A stretch of 64,000 nucleotides of DNA from Nitrospinaceae bacterium (GCA_965223665.1 OZ245011.1:704001-768000); one strand, 5' to 3'. Positions 9,869 to 20,388 are shown, numbered from the stretch's first letter. Program-made: numbers and translations. Notes: generated by a model not told the origin, from the sequence alone.

Positions 9869-11197
9869 TTATTTTGAACGTAAAAGAAAAAGCATTTTTC
9901 GAATTGTGGACATTTTGTCTTTATCTTTTTTGTATTCTTCTAATATTTTTTCCCAGTCTCCAATAAGAACAACCTGCTGCGGCTCCAGGCCAGAAATAAT
10001 TTGGATATCTATAGGATTTTTAACCCCAGTTTCTACAGGGATCTCTTTAGGTAGATCATTTTCTAAGATCGCTACAAAATGTTCATCTCCCTTTTTTCGA
10101 ACTGCTTCCCGCGGAAGATAAAGAACATTTTTTAACTCCTGATTAATAATATCGACATTTGCTGACATCATTGGTTTTAAGATGCTTTTCCCTTCACCCA
10201 GGATTTCAATTTTGACTTTAAATACTGTAATACTATTTTCTACTTCGCCCTTTGGGGCAATACGAGCAACTTTACCCAGGAAAGAATTGTTAAGAAAAGC
10301 ATCTGCAGAAATTCGGACTGTTTGATTGACCGCCACATTCCCAATATCCGTTTCATCAACATCAGCAACAATAAATAGTCGAGACATATCCGCAATAGTG
10401 CATAAAGCAGTCCCACCAGAAACATTGGAAATTCCTGATGAAATTATTTGTCCGCGTTCTACTAGTTTACTAATTAAAACTCCAGGTATAGGGGAGTAAA
10501 TTTCTGTTTCCTCCAATCTTTCTTTTGCTTCATCCAAAGTGATTTTTGCTCGCTCAACATCAGATTTTGCCAGTTCAACTTCATGTTCCTTAACGGAAAT
10601 ATCATGAATTGAATCTTTTGCTGCAATCAAATCTTCTTTTGCTTGAATTAAGTTTTCCTGATTTACTTTAAAGGAGGTTTTGGCACTATCTAAAGTTTCT
10701 TGAGAGGCAAATTTTTTCGCAAAAAGATCTTCCTGACGACGCAATTTATCTGCAGCTTCCCTCAGGTTGGCCTCAGCTTCTTTAACTTTAGATTCAGAGG
10801 ACTTTAAATTTGTTTGATACCGTGTCCTCTGAAGAGTGAGAGTGGTTTGAGCTTTTTTTAATTTTGCTAACGCGCTGGAAAGATCTGCTTGAGATTTTGC
10901 AACATTTCGAATTTCATCTGATTTGTCTAACTGTAATAGTAATGTTCCTTTTTCAATAAAATCCCCTTCCTCAAAGGGGAATTTAAGAACTTCACCACTG
11001 GCTTTAGACTTTACTTCTACCTGGAAGTTCGGCTCCACAACCCCAGTGGCAGAAATTTTTACAACCAAATTACCTTGTGAAACTTTGGTAGTTTTGAAGG
11101 GAATTTTTTCAACGGTTTCTTCTTTACTAGAATTCAGAAATAAAAGACCAAAAATGAGGGCTGTTAAAGAGAGGACAATTACTAGAACTTTTTTCAT
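9869..11197 (-). CDS. MacA-type membrane fusion (periplasmic adaptor) protein
   Basis: N-terminal TM, VEVKSKASG, long coiled coil, VDETDIG, LKPMMSANV. Confidence 0.9.
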   Translation of the reverse strand: MKKVLVIVLSLTALIFGLLFLNSSKEETVEKIPFKTTKVSQGNLVVKISATGVVEPNFQVEVKSKASGEVLKFPFEEGDFIEKGTLLLQLDKSDEIRNVAKSQADLSSALAKLKKAQTTLTLQRTRYQTNLKSSESKVKEAEANLREAADKLRRQEDLFAKKFASQETLDSAKTSFKVNQENLIQAKEDLIAAKDSIHDISVKEHEVELAKSDVERAKITLDEAKERLEETEIYSPIPGVLISKLVERGQIISSGISNVSGGTALCTIADMSRLFIVADVDETDIGNVAVNQTVRISADAFLNNSFLGKVARIAPKGEVENSITVFKVKIEILGEGKSILKPMMSANVDIINQELKNVLYLPREAVRKKGDEHFVAILENDLPKEIPVETGVKNPIDIQIISGLEPQQVVLIGDWEKILEEYKKDKDKMSTIRKMLFLLRSK

Positions 11198-13416
11198 GAT
11201 TTCGATTTGGAGAGATATTTAATCTTGTAATGATCTAATGTGACCCCCATCACTTTTCTTAAATTAATCTTGGACTTATTATAATCTACAATAGCTTTCA
11301 ACTCTTTACTTTGCTCTTCTGCTAAATCGGTCTGGAATTCTAAAACATTAAAACTTGTAGACAAACCGACTTCAAACTTCTTTTCCTCTGCGTTAAGTTT
11401 TTCCTGAGCTAATTTTCGGGCCACACCCGCGGCCTGGACTCGTTTTTTATCAGTTTCTATTTGCCGAATCGCTTCTCTTACTTCTAATACAATGGTTTTT
11501 TCTAAATTCTTTAAATCTAACAAAAGTTGAGCGGCTTCCAGTTTGGCTGCAGTATAGCGACTCTTAGCAGCATTGTTACCAAGAGGATATTTGAAAACTA
11601 TTCCCGCTTCCCAGGTTTTAAAATCACCTCCTAACGCACGATCCAAACTTTTGAAGACGTCACCTCCAAAAGGGTTTAAAGCTGGTGGACCGGATCCTAT
11701 TGAAACAGCACGGGCACGTCCACTAACCCCATTCAAACTAAGACTACCAACCAAATCTAATGAAGGATAGAGTTGATTTTTATTAAATTGAACTTGGACG
11801 TTCTTGTTATCTAGTTCTTTCTTTTTACTTTGAAAATCAGGTCGATAATTTAAAGCTTTCTCTATCGATATATTCAAATCGAAGGGAGATTCCTGGACAA
11901 AACGAGGGGAATCTACAGGACGTATATCCATTTTACCTTTGGGTGAGTCAAACGAAATATTAATTATATTTTTGATATTATCTTCATTATCTTCGATTAA
12001 TTTTTGAGAACCAATTACAGCTTCTTCGCGTGACGCTACTTCTGATTGAGCTTGAAGAATTTCAAGTGGCGCCAATGTCCCTACATCCACTTGGGCACGA
12101 ACCCTTCTTTCTAAGTCCCTCGCACGTTCCACAGATTTATTTTGAACTTTTAAATCTTCCAGGCTGAAAACTAAATCCCAATAGGTATTCTCTGCATTAG
12201 AAATCGTATCTATGACAGTGCGTTTAAAATCAAAGTCAGATATATCCAGGTTATTTTTGGCCAAATAAATATTGGTTTTATTAATATCTGAACCAAAGTT
12301 TTTTAAGAGGGGTTGGGTGACCTGTAAAGCCAGCCGACTTGTGTATTGTGCATTAAGACCAGCAAAAGCGGAATTGGTTTCATCTCGCTGACCTTGGAGG
12401 CTAACTTCGTATTCAGTTCCCAGTTTGAGTTTTTGATTCAAGGCTAATTCTAATATTTGTGCATTATTTTGTTGTTTTGCGGGAATGGCAAAAGCCGAGG
12501 TTGATTGTGTCGAATTGTCTTGATGTTTGGCTTCAAAAGAAATAGTGGGATCAAATGCAGCATCCTGTTCAATAATTTGCTGGGTTCTAATTTTAGAATT
12601 AAATTCTTGAACTGCAATATCAACATTATTTCTCAATGTACCTACAATTAGGTCATAAAGAGATAGCTTTAATGTGTTTGTTAATACAATGTCCGGTGTC
12701 TCAGAGCTTTCCTTCACCTCTTTGTTTAAATCCTCTGGAATAACTAGGTCCTTAAACAAAGGTTGGGTTTGGTTTTTTAAAGAGCTTTTATTTGTTTCTG
12801 GTTGATCTTCCGTTTGCTTTAATTTATTTGTCACCGAAGTAATTTCTTCTTCTGGAGTGGAAGTAGTATCAGAAACGGAAGAATCAAAACTTTCCTGTAT
12901 TTCCTCTTTTTGTTCGGCTTCTTTAGTTTCTGAAAGATTTTCTTCTTGTGGGGGCGAAGCTTTTTCCAAAATAGAGGATTCCAAATTTTTGGGAATTTCT
13001 TCCGGATCCTGGTTTTCTCTCATTTTGTCCAAGTCTTCTTCAATTGAAGAAGTGGTATCAGTTAATGGTATTTCTGTGGGATCCGATTCTTGGGTTTCTA
13101 ATTTTCCCTCTGCAGCCGGTAAAATTATTTCAGCTTCTGGCGCTTCTGTTTCCATATCGGAGTTGGTATCTTCATCAGATTTTTTATTTAAGGGAGGGGA
13201 GGGGATACTGGGTTTTATTTTTTCAACTTCAATTTCAGATGGCCCTATTGATAGTGGGGGATAATTTCTTTTTGCCATCAGGGCATAATTTTTGGGTTTT
13301 ATTTTTCCTGATTTTACCTTCTTACCGGCAAAAGTATCTAATGGATAAAAAATCAATAAGTTTAGAATGATTAATAGACAACAAGAAATTGAACCACTAA
13401 ATGAGAGTCTTTCCAT
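11194..13416 (-). CDS. TolC-family outer membrane efflux protein with long acidic N-terminal extension
   Basis: TolC-like repeats (TQPLL, YWDL, YRPDF, KKFEVGLST); first in macA/macB operon. Confidence 0.88.
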   Translation of the reverse strand: MERLSFSGSISCCLLIILNLLIFYPLDTFAGKKVKSGKIKPKNYALMAKRNYPPLSIGPSEIEVEKIKPSIPSPPLNKKSDEDTNSDMETEAPEAEIILPAAEGKLETQESDPTEIPLTDTTSSIEEDLDKMRENQDPEEIPKNLESSILEKASPPQEENLSETKEAEQKEEIQESFDSSVSDTTSTPEEEITSVTNKLKQTEDQPETNKSSLKNQTQPLFKDLVIPEDLNKEVKESSETPDIVLTNTLKLSLYDLIVGTLRNNVDIAVQEFNSKIRTQQIIEQDAAFDPTISFEAKHQDNSTQSTSAFAIPAKQQNNAQILELALNQKLKLGTEYEVSLQGQRDETNSAFAGLNAQYTSRLALQVTQPLLKNFGSDINKTNIYLAKNNLDISDFDFKRTVIDTISNAENTYWDLVFSLEDLKVQNKSVERARDLERRVRAQVDVGTLAPLEILQAQSEVASREEAVIGSQKLIEDNEDNIKNIINISFDSPKGKMDIRPVDSPRFVQESPFDLNISIEKALNYRPDFQSKKKELDNKNVQVQFNKNQLYPSLDLVGSLSLNGVSGRARAVSIGSGPPALNPFGGDVFKSLDRALGGDFKTWEAGIVFKYPLGNNAAKSRYTAAKLEAAQLLLDLKNLEKTIVLEVREAIRQIETDKKRVQAAGVARKLAQEKLNAEEKKFEVGLSTSFNVLEFQTDLAEEQSKELKAIVDYNKSKINLRKVMGVTLDHYKIKYLSKSKS

Positions 13417-13621
13417 AAATGAACTTTCATAATTAGGTATTAGGTATGAAAGTAATTATATTATAATGACTTGCAGTTTAGAAGAAGGAAAATCCTCCAA
13501 TTTCAGTAGAAATTTACTTAGATTTCCAGTTGAATTATTCTGGAGAGGACTGTGAAATTGGGAAAAGGATTGAAAAAAGTGTCTTAATTTCCAATTTTTT
13601 TTGATTTTTTTTAAAAATTTC

Positions 13622-13650
13622 TTGTTAATATTACATTAACTGTATATAAT
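13622..13650 (+). promoter_or_regulatory. Sigma70-type promoter with operator-like palindrome
   Basis: TTGTTA-N17-TATAAT; GTTAAT-N5-ATTAAC inverted repeat at 13624-13640. Confidence 0.5.
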
Positions 13651-13722
13651 GAATTTAAACTTTTTATGGGAAAACGGTTATAACTCTTAAGACGCTAATT
13701 AACCGAATGTTAAATTTTTTCC

Positions 13723-14391
13723 TTGGAAACTACAATGGAAACAAATGAGCAAAACAACCGTGTGACAGCCGCGGATATCTTAAAAGAAGTTCCTATCACT
13801 CGAAAAACCCTTTGGCTTTGGCAGAAGAAATATAATTTCTTCCCCGATCCAACAAAGGAAGCGCATCCCGGAGGAAAGGGGATTGTAGGTTATTACCCAG
13901 CCTGGGTCCAGGAACGTTGCAAGCAGGTGTATGCCTTACAAAAAGGTGGGCACACCATTTCCATGATCAAGGAAATTTTGAAAAAAGAAGCTCAGGAAAA
14001 ATCGAGCAAAAAAATTCTTGTGGTAGACGATGAAAAGAAATTTTCCATGTTGTTGAAAAAGTTTTTCAGTAAAAGTGGTTATATTGTAGAAGTGGCATTT
14101 GATGGTTTGGATGCGGGTTTAAAAGCAGCACATTTTCAACCAGCCATTATTTTATTGGATATCAATCTTCCAGGACTTAACGGGTTAGAAGTATGTAAAA
14201 ACCTAAAAAATAATCCTAGAACAAAAAATATGACTATCATTGTAATTTCTGCCAGTTTGCAATATACGGAAAAAGCAGTTCTTTCTGCGGGTGGAGATAT
14301 GTTTGTTAAAAAACCGGTCAATTTCCAGAATCTGTTAGAACGCTGTAATGATGTCATAACCAAAAATGAAAATATTCAAGTTCCCAATTAG
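13723..14391 (+). CDS. MerR-like HTH fused to C-terminal receiver domain (start may be ATG 13735)
   Basis: N-term ITRKTLWLWQK...GYY HTH-like; REC ILVVDDE, LLDINLPG, KP. Confidence 0.8.
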   Translation: METTMETNEQNNRVTAADILKEVPITRKTLWLWQKKYNFFPDPTKEAHPGGKGIVGYYPAWVQERCKQVYALQKGGHTISMIKEILKKEAQEKSSKKILVVDDEKKFSMLLKKFFSKSGYIVEVAFDGLDAGLKAAHFQPAIILLDINLPGLNGLEVCKNLKNNPRTKNMTIIVISASLQYTEKAVLSAGGDMFVKKPVNFQNLLERCNDVITKNENIQVPN

Positions 14392-14531
14392 AAAAAAAAA
14401 CCATTTATTGATTCCTTAATATAAAATCTATTAAAAAAAAGTTATCCTTCCTATCGCTTTTCTGTCAAAAATCCTGTAAAAGATATTAGATTAATAAGGC
14501 AAGAATCAACCTATTAGAATTAGGAATTTGT

Positions 14532-15365
14532 ATGTCAAATGTACCTGTGGAAGCGTCAAAAATTGACGAGTTAAAACAAGCTGCAAAAGAATTAAGGCTT
14601 AAAAGTTTAGAAATAATCCACCAAGCCGGTTCAGGTCACCCAGGAGGAAGCCTCTCTGGTGCTGATATTCTTGCAGTATTGTACTTTGGAGTTATGAAGT
14701 ATGACCCTAACAATCCAAAAGATCCTAATCGTGATCGCTTTATTTTAAGTAAAGGGCATTGTACCGGGCTTTTATATTCAACTTTAGCAAGAGCTGGGTA
14801 TTTTGGAATGGATGAGCTTTCTGATTACAGGAAGTTAAATAGCAAACGAAATCTTTCCGGGCATCCTCATCCTAAAACTCCGGGGGTCGAAATTGCCACT
14901 GGAAGCTTAGGGCAGGGGCTCAGCGTAGGCCACGGAATAGCCTTAAGTGCCCGTTTGGACAACCTTAAATTTAGGGTTTTTGTACTACTGGGCGATGGGG
15001 AATTACAAGAAGGTCAAATCTGGGAAGCGGCTATGTCAGCATCTAAATTTAAAACAAACAATTTAGTCGCTATTGTGGATTACAATAAAGTGGCTCAAGA
15101 TAATATTACCAAAGAATTAAAAGACCTGGAGCCGCTCGAAGAAAAATGGAAATCATTTGGGTGGGATGTGATACGAATTGATGGCCATGATGTAGAACAG
15201 GTATATAAGGCTCTAGAAACGCCTCTACATCCAGAAAAACCAAGAGTGATAATAGCAGATACAATTAAGGGTAAAGGAGTCAGTTTTATGGAAGGTAAAA
15301 CTTCCTGGCATGGGGTGGCTCCATCAGATGAAGATTATGAAAAGGCAATTAAGGAGCTACAATGA
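14532..15365 (+). CDS. Transketolase N-terminal (TPP-binding) subunit
   Basis: SGHPGGSLS, DRFILSKGH, TGSLGQG, GDGELQEG. Confidence 0.93.
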   Translation: MSNVPVEASKIDELKQAAKELRLKSLEIIHQAGSGHPGGSLSGADILAVLYFGVMKYDPNNPKDPNRDRFILSKGHCTGLLYSTLARAGYFGMDELSDYRKLNSKRNLSGHPHPKTPGVEIATGSLGQGLSVGHGIALSARLDNLKFRVFVLLGDGELQEGQIWEAAMSASKFKTNNLVAIVDYNKVAQDNITKELKDLEPLEEKWKSFGWDVIRIDGHDVEQVYKALETPLHPEKPRVIIADTIKGKGVSFMEGKTSWHGVAPSDEDYEKAIKELQ

Positions 15366-16291
15366 AGGATGGAGCAACACGAGACGGTTATGGAGCGGCC
15401 TTACAGGAATTTGGCCCCGATTCAAATGTTGTGGTTTTGGATGCAGGAGTAAGTGATAGCACTCGAAGCAAAAAGTTTGGGGACAAATTTCCGGATCGAT
15501 TCTTCAATATGGGAATCAGTGAAGGCGATATGGTTTGCACGGCCGCAGGTTTAGCTACTGCGGGTAAAGTGGCATTCGCCACAAGTTTTGCCTGTTTCTT
15601 ATTAGGAAGAAGTATGGACCAAACTTTAGTGAGCGTTGCTTATTCCAACACCAACGTAAAATTAGTGGGAACTCATGCTGGAATTGCAGTGGGAGAAGAT
15701 GGACCCACTGCACAAATGATTGTTGACTTATCCTACACACGGGCTATTCCCAATATGACCGTAATTCAACCGGCGGATTGGGAAGAGGCTTATCAAGCTA
15801 CAAAGGCATTAGCAGTTCATACCGGGCCAGCTTATTTACGATTAGGCCGGGCAAAAGTAAAAGGAGTTTATGATTCAACTTACAAATTTGAAATTGGAAA
15901 AGGAAATATACTTCAGCAGGGAAAAGATGTTGTCATTTTTGCAACAGGCGGAATGATCCAGGAAAGTCTGTTAGCAATAGATGAATTACAAAAAAATGAA
16001 ATCAATCCTACATTGGTTAATATATCTACCATTAAACCCATTGATACAAAAATAATTTTGGAACAAGCTAAATCTCATAAATTTATAATTACTGCGGAAG
16101 ATCATAGTATTTATGGTGGACTGGGAGATGCTGTTCTGGAGGTATTAAGTAATAATGGAGTTCTTATCCCATTTAAAAAAATAGCAGTTCACGACACGTT
16201 CGCAGAAACAGGTTCAAAAGACCAGCTTTATGAAAAGTATGGACTATCTGCTGCAAGCATGGCCCAGGAAATAAAGGAATTTATTTCTTAA
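15362..16291 (+). CDS. Transketolase C-terminal subunit
   Basis: FNMGISE, GEDGPTAQ, GPAYLRLGR, EDHSIYGGLG; ATGA overlap. Confidence 0.92.
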   Translation: MKDGATRDGYGAALQEFGPDSNVVVLDAGVSDSTRSKKFGDKFPDRFFNMGISEGDMVCTAAGLATAGKVAFATSFACFLLGRSMDQTLVSVAYSNTNVKLVGTHAGIAVGEDGPTAQMIVDLSYTRAIPNMTVIQPADWEEAYQATKALAVHTGPAYLRLGRAKVKGVYDSTYKFEIGKGNILQQGKDVVIFATGGMIQESLLAIDELQKNEINPTLVNISTIKPIDTKIILEQAKSHKFIITAEDHSIYGGLGDAVLEVLSNNGVLIPFKKIAVHDTFAETGSKDQLYEKYGLSAASMAQEIKEFIS

Positions 16292-16378
16292 AATTCTAAC
16301 TTTTTTCCAACTTACCATCCAGTGACTTTAATTAGAAAGCCCCAAATAAGCCGGCCTTTATTTAATTTCCAAAATAAG

Positions 16379-16406
16379 AGTTAACATAATATATGTTATG
16401 GGAACT
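16379..16406 (-). other. XerCD dif-like chromosome dimer resolution site
   Basis: Minus strand AGTTCCCATAA-CATATA-TTATGTTAACT vs E. coli dif GGTGCGCATAA-TGTATA-TTATGTTAAAT; 11-6-11 layout, intergenic. Confidence 0.8.
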
Positions 16407-16461
16407 TATTAGCGGGGATATTGAATCTTCCAAAAATGCCCTTTTTGAAATTGGCTAAATT

Positions 16462-18348
16462 ATGTGTGGAATTACCGGGATTGTAGACTTTAACAATAAA
16501 TTAAATAATACCCAGGCTATTGAAAAAATGCTTTTCGCATTAAAACACAGAGGGCCTGATGATAGTGGCATAGAAACTTTTCCTCTAAAACAAGGTGGAA
16601 GTATTTATCTGGGGCATCAAAGGCTTTCCATTATTGATTTAACCTCAGCTGGTCATCAACCCATGAGCAATTCCAATGGAAATATTTGGGTAACAGCAAA
16701 TGGGGAAATTTATAATTACAAATCTTTGAAAAGTGAATTATCTAAAATTTTTGAATTTCGAACCGAATCGGATACTGAAATTTTACTTGCGGCTTACGAA
16801 AAGTGGGATGAGGAATGTCTTGATAAAATAAAAGGCATGTTTGCTTTTTCAATTTTTGACCGTCATGAAAATTCTCTATTTTTAGCCAGAGATCCCTTAG
16901 GTATAAAACCTCTTTATTATTATCTGGATGATAACTATTTTTTATTTAGTTCTGAAATAAGATCTTTACTTGCAAGTGGTTTAATTCAAAAAGATCTTAA
17001 TTTCACAGGCGTATATCAATTTTTGGTATTCGGTCGTATAAAATATCCTCAGACAATAATCAAAGGGATTTATGAAATTCCCCCTGGTAATTTCTTAAAG
17101 TATCACCTTAGGTATAAATCAAAAATTTTAATTAATTATTGGGATTTGAAAAATTTTTCTTACCAAAAGGAAGCTCCAACAACTTCCATTTATAATTCAT
17201 TACGTACATCCTTAGAAAGGCGTTTAGTTAGCGATGTTCCAGTGGGAATTTTTCTTAGTGGTGGTATTGATTCCAGCGCGATTACTAAAATAGCCAGCGA
17301 TTTATCAAGTGATTCTTTAGCAACAGTTTCCATGAATTTTAAAGAATCCAAATTTGATGAATCACCCTATTCTAATCTTGTTGCAAAACAATTTAAAACT
17401 AACCATAAGAACTTTATTTTAAGCGAGTCAGACTTTTTACAGGGTTTGGAGGGTTGTCTTCAATCATTAGATCAACCAAGTATTGATGGGATAAATACAT
17501 ATTTTATTTCTAAATGTGCTCACGATTTAGGTTTAAAGGTTATTTTGTCCGGTATTGGCGGAGATGAATTATTTGCTGGTTATCCCTCATTTCAATTTAT
17601 ACCAAGATTTCTTCGTATTCAGAAGCTGCTTAAATTTTTTCCCAAAAAAATTAAAATCATTATGAGTCAATTTATCATTATGAGTTTAAGTGGTAACCTC
17701 AAGGCTGAAAAAATGATCCGCTTACTGATTGAAGACTTATCACCCACAGGCACTTATCATCTTTTCCGATCCTTATTTTTTGGCCAAACTTTAAAGGATG
17801 TTTTTAAAGATCAGGAGCAATTTTCTCAAGAATTAAATAGAGTTGCTCATAACATCCAGAACAATGATATAAAGCAAAAAAAATGGGATATTGTTGAACA
17901 AATTTCTTATTTGGAGTTGACCGAATATACAATTCCAATGCTATTAAAAGATACAGATGTTATGAGTATGGCGCACGGTCTGGAAGTGAGAGTACCTTTC
18001 CTCGATCCAGACTTGGTACGTTTATTATTTTCAATTCCTGGAAATTTTAAGATGTCCAAAAAATCTCCAAAATCTCTTTTATTAAACGCCTTGGAGCACT
18101 CTCTTCCTCCTAAAATAGTCAACCGAAAAAAAATGGGTTTTACCTTACCTTTTGCCAATTGGATGAAAAACCAATTGAAAGCAGAGGTAGAATCTGTTTT
18201 ATTTTCCAATGTTGATTCTATTGATCTCTTTTTAGATTCCAATGTAATCAAAGGTATTTGGGTGAATTTTCTTAAAGGAAAAACTGAATGGTCTCACCCT
18301 TGGTCAATATATGTTCTAAAAAAATGGGTAAACCAGCACATTAATTAG
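16462..18348 (+). CDS. asnB: Asparagine synthase (glutamine-hydrolysing) family amidotransferase
   Basis: MCGI Ntn Cys, HRGPD, NGEIYN, LSGGIDSS, SGIGGDELF, EVRVPFLD, RKKMGF. Confidence 0.92.
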   Translation: MCGITGIVDFNNKLNNTQAIEKMLFALKHRGPDDSGIETFPLKQGGSIYLGHQRLSIIDLTSAGHQPMSNSNGNIWVTANGEIYNYKSLKSELSKIFEFRTESDTEILLAAYEKWDEECLDKIKGMFAFSIFDRHENSLFLARDPLGIKPLYYYLDDNYFLFSSEIRSLLASGLIQKDLNFTGVYQFLVFGRIKYPQTIIKGIYEIPPGNFLKYHLRYKSKILINYWDLKNFSYQKEAPTTSIYNSLRTSLERRLVSDVPVGIFLSGGIDSSAITKIASDLSSDSLATVSMNFKESKFDESPYSNLVAKQFKTNHKNFILSESDFLQGLEGCLQSLDQPSIDGINTYFISKCAHDLGLKVILSGIGGDELFAGYPSFQFIPRFLRIQKLLKFFPKKIKIIMSQFIIMSLSGNLKAEKMIRLLIEDLSPTGTYHLFRSLFFGQTLKDVFKDQEQFSQELNRVAHNIQNNDIKQKKWDIVEQISYLELTEYTIPMLLKDTDVMSMAHGLEVRVPFLDPDLVRLLFSIPGNFKMSKKSPKSLLLNALEHSLPPKIVNRKKMGFTLPFANWMKNQLKAEVESVLFSNVDSIDLFLDSNVIKGIWVNFLKGKTEWSHPWSIYVLKKWVNQHIN

Positions 18349-18362
18349 AAACAAAAATTTCT

Positions 18363-19238
18363 ATGAAATATAAGTTTTATCAGATCGATGTTTTTAGTGA
18401 AAAAGCTCTAGGGGGAAATCCCTTGGCAGTTTTTGTTGATGCGGTGGGTTTAAATGACGAGACCATGCAAAGAATTGCCCGGGAAATGAATCTATCTGAA
18501 ACTACTTTTGTATTTCCTGCTACTGATTCAAAAGCGGATTTTGACATCAAAATTTATACTCCAAATAAAGAAATTCCCTTTGCAGGTCACCCGACCATTG
18601 GAACTGCCCACATTTTGCATGAAATAAAAAAAATTAATGTTTCAAAAACTACCACCTTTAAAATGGGCGCAGGACTTATAAAAGTCAGCCAGGAGGGAAA
18701 TGCTTTTTTCATGAATCATCCTCAACCAAAATTTGGTCCCCCCTTCCCTTCAATGGATCAAGTAGCCAAAGCACTTTCGCTAAAGCCTTCCCAAATTCAT
18801 ACAAAATACCCCATTCAACTTGTTTCCACTGGGTTTCCAGCTATTTTGGTCCCAATTAAAAACATGGAAGGCATAAAAAACATTCAAATTAATCATCAAA
18901 AACTAGAAAACCTTTTACAAGATGTGGATATGCTTTATGCATTTACCTGCGATTCTGAAATCCTCCACCCGAGTGTTTATGTGAGAGGATTTGCCCCCTT
19001 TATAGGCATTCCCGAAGATCCCGCGACAGGAAGCGTTGCTGGTGCTTTGGGGGCTTATTTTCTTAAGCACCAAGTAATAGTTAAACCTTTTAATGAGATT
19101 ATAAATATCCAGCAAGGATACGATATTGGAAGGCCTTCAATACTTAAAGTAAAAGCTGAATTAATTGAAGAAAAATATTTCAAAATAAAGGTAGGTGGAA
19201 AATCAATAACAGTGATTGAAGGATGGCTGTCCCTCTAA
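18363..19238 (+). CDS. PhzF-family isomerase
   Basis: GGNPLAV, NLSETTF, PFAGHPTIG, EDPATGS. Confidence 0.93.
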   Translation: MKYKFYQIDVFSEKALGGNPLAVFVDAVGLNDETMQRIAREMNLSETTFVFPATDSKADFDIKIYTPNKEIPFAGHPTIGTAHILHEIKKINVSKTTTFKMGAGLIKVSQEGNAFFMNHPQPKFGPPFPSMDQVAKALSLKPSQIHTKYPIQLVSTGFPAILVPIKNMEGIKNIQINHQKLENLLQDVDMLYAFTCDSEILHPSVYVRGFAPFIGIPEDPATGSVAGALGAYFLKHQVIVKPFNEIINIQQGYDIGRPSILKVKAELIEEKYFKIKVGGKSITVIEGWLSL

Positions 19239-19269
19239 CATTACTGATTATCTTTTCCTAAATATTTTA

Positions 19270-19500
19270 TTAGGCGGTCTTTTTGTCTTGGTCAGAGATT
19301 TCCGAGGGATGGCCGAATTGGCAATTTTGACAATAATGCCCTGCCACTCTAGAACACATTATGCAGGCTTTTTCTTCACCAGCTAACTGAATAGCCCCTC
19401 CACAATGATTACACCTTGGAGCGGGTCCAGTAGAATTTTCAACTTTTTTAATTTGTTTTTTATTTATTTGTAGCTTACTACGGGAAAATTTTACCTGCAT
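19270..19500 (-). CDS. Small Cys-rich (zinc-finger-like) hypothetical protein
   Basis: CNHC, CIMC, HYCQNC; likely ATG at 19500 with GGAGA RBS (ORF track extends to 19536). Confidence 0.6.
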   Translation of the reverse strand: MQVKFSRSKLQINKKQIKKVENSTGPAPRCNHCGGAIQLAGEEKACIMCSRVAGHYCQNCQFGHPSEISDQDKKTA

Positions 19501-19656
19501 CTCTATATTCTCCACCAGGACTTGTTGATGAATCAAAAACCTAAAATTTTTGACGAGTAATTAAAACCTGCCAAAAAACCTGTAAAACCGAATCTGGCTT
19601 AATTATTAGAAGAAAAATGGAGATAATCGATCTAAAAAATTTTGAAAAAAGCAAAA

Positions 19657-20205
19657 TTAGAGTCTTGACATAACACCTTTATTTACCGTCTCTAATCTAT
19701 TTTTATCAAAAAGGATCTCAACCAGCTTAAATGCAAACTCCATTGCCGTCCCAGGAGCCCTGCTGGTAATTAAATTACCATCTACAACCACCCGATCCTC
19801 TAAATAGTTTGCCTGATTTATTTTGTCTTTAACGGACGGATGAGATGTTACTTTAGCCCCTTTAAGGATTTCAAGTGAATCTAAAATAATTGGGGCAGCG
19901 CAAATTGCAGCAATATATTTATTAAACCTATGCATTTGTAGGATAACATCGCAAACTTTAATGTTTTTCATTAAGTTTGTTGTTCCAGGCTGGCCTCCGG
20001 GTAATACTATTAAATCAAAGCCTTCTGAATTAATATTTTCAATGAGTTCATCTGGAAAAATCCTTAATCCCCGTGAACCTTCAATAGGCCCTTCCTCAGT
20101 TGCCGCTAATGTAACTCTAGCACCTGCTCGACGAAGAATATCTAAAACTGTTATAGTTTCAATTTCCTCAAAACCAGGGGCCAAGGCAATCATTACTTTT
20201 TTCAT
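19657..20205 (-). CDS. DJ-1/ThiJ/YajL family protein
   Basis: GFEEIE, LPGG, AAICAAP, ITSRAPGTA. Confidence 0.93.
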   Translation of the reverse strand: MKKVMIALAPGFEEIETITVLDILRRAGARVTLAATEEGPIEGSRGLRIFPDELIENINSEGFDLIVLPGGQPGTTNLMKNIKVCDVILQMHRFNKYIAAICAAPIILDSLEILKGAKVTSHPSVKDKINQANYLEDRVVVDGNLITSRAPGTAMEFAFKLVEILFDKNRLETVNKGVMSRL

Positions 20206-20388
20206 GAAAAAACCTCACCAGCTAAGAATTTGTATTACTCTCTTTTACTTAAATTATTATTATTTTTGATGTTACTGAATATAAATTGGGGAGTCAATCG
20301 ATACAAAATAGAATTTAAAGGTTTAAATTTTCCATGATGTAAATAAGCGATGATAAAATAATGCTAATTATTTAATTTAATTTTTTTC

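Noticed and set aside
12857-13370. Plus-strand ORFs of 135 and 108 aa
   Set aside because: Antisense to the low-complexity TolC N-terminus; no motifs
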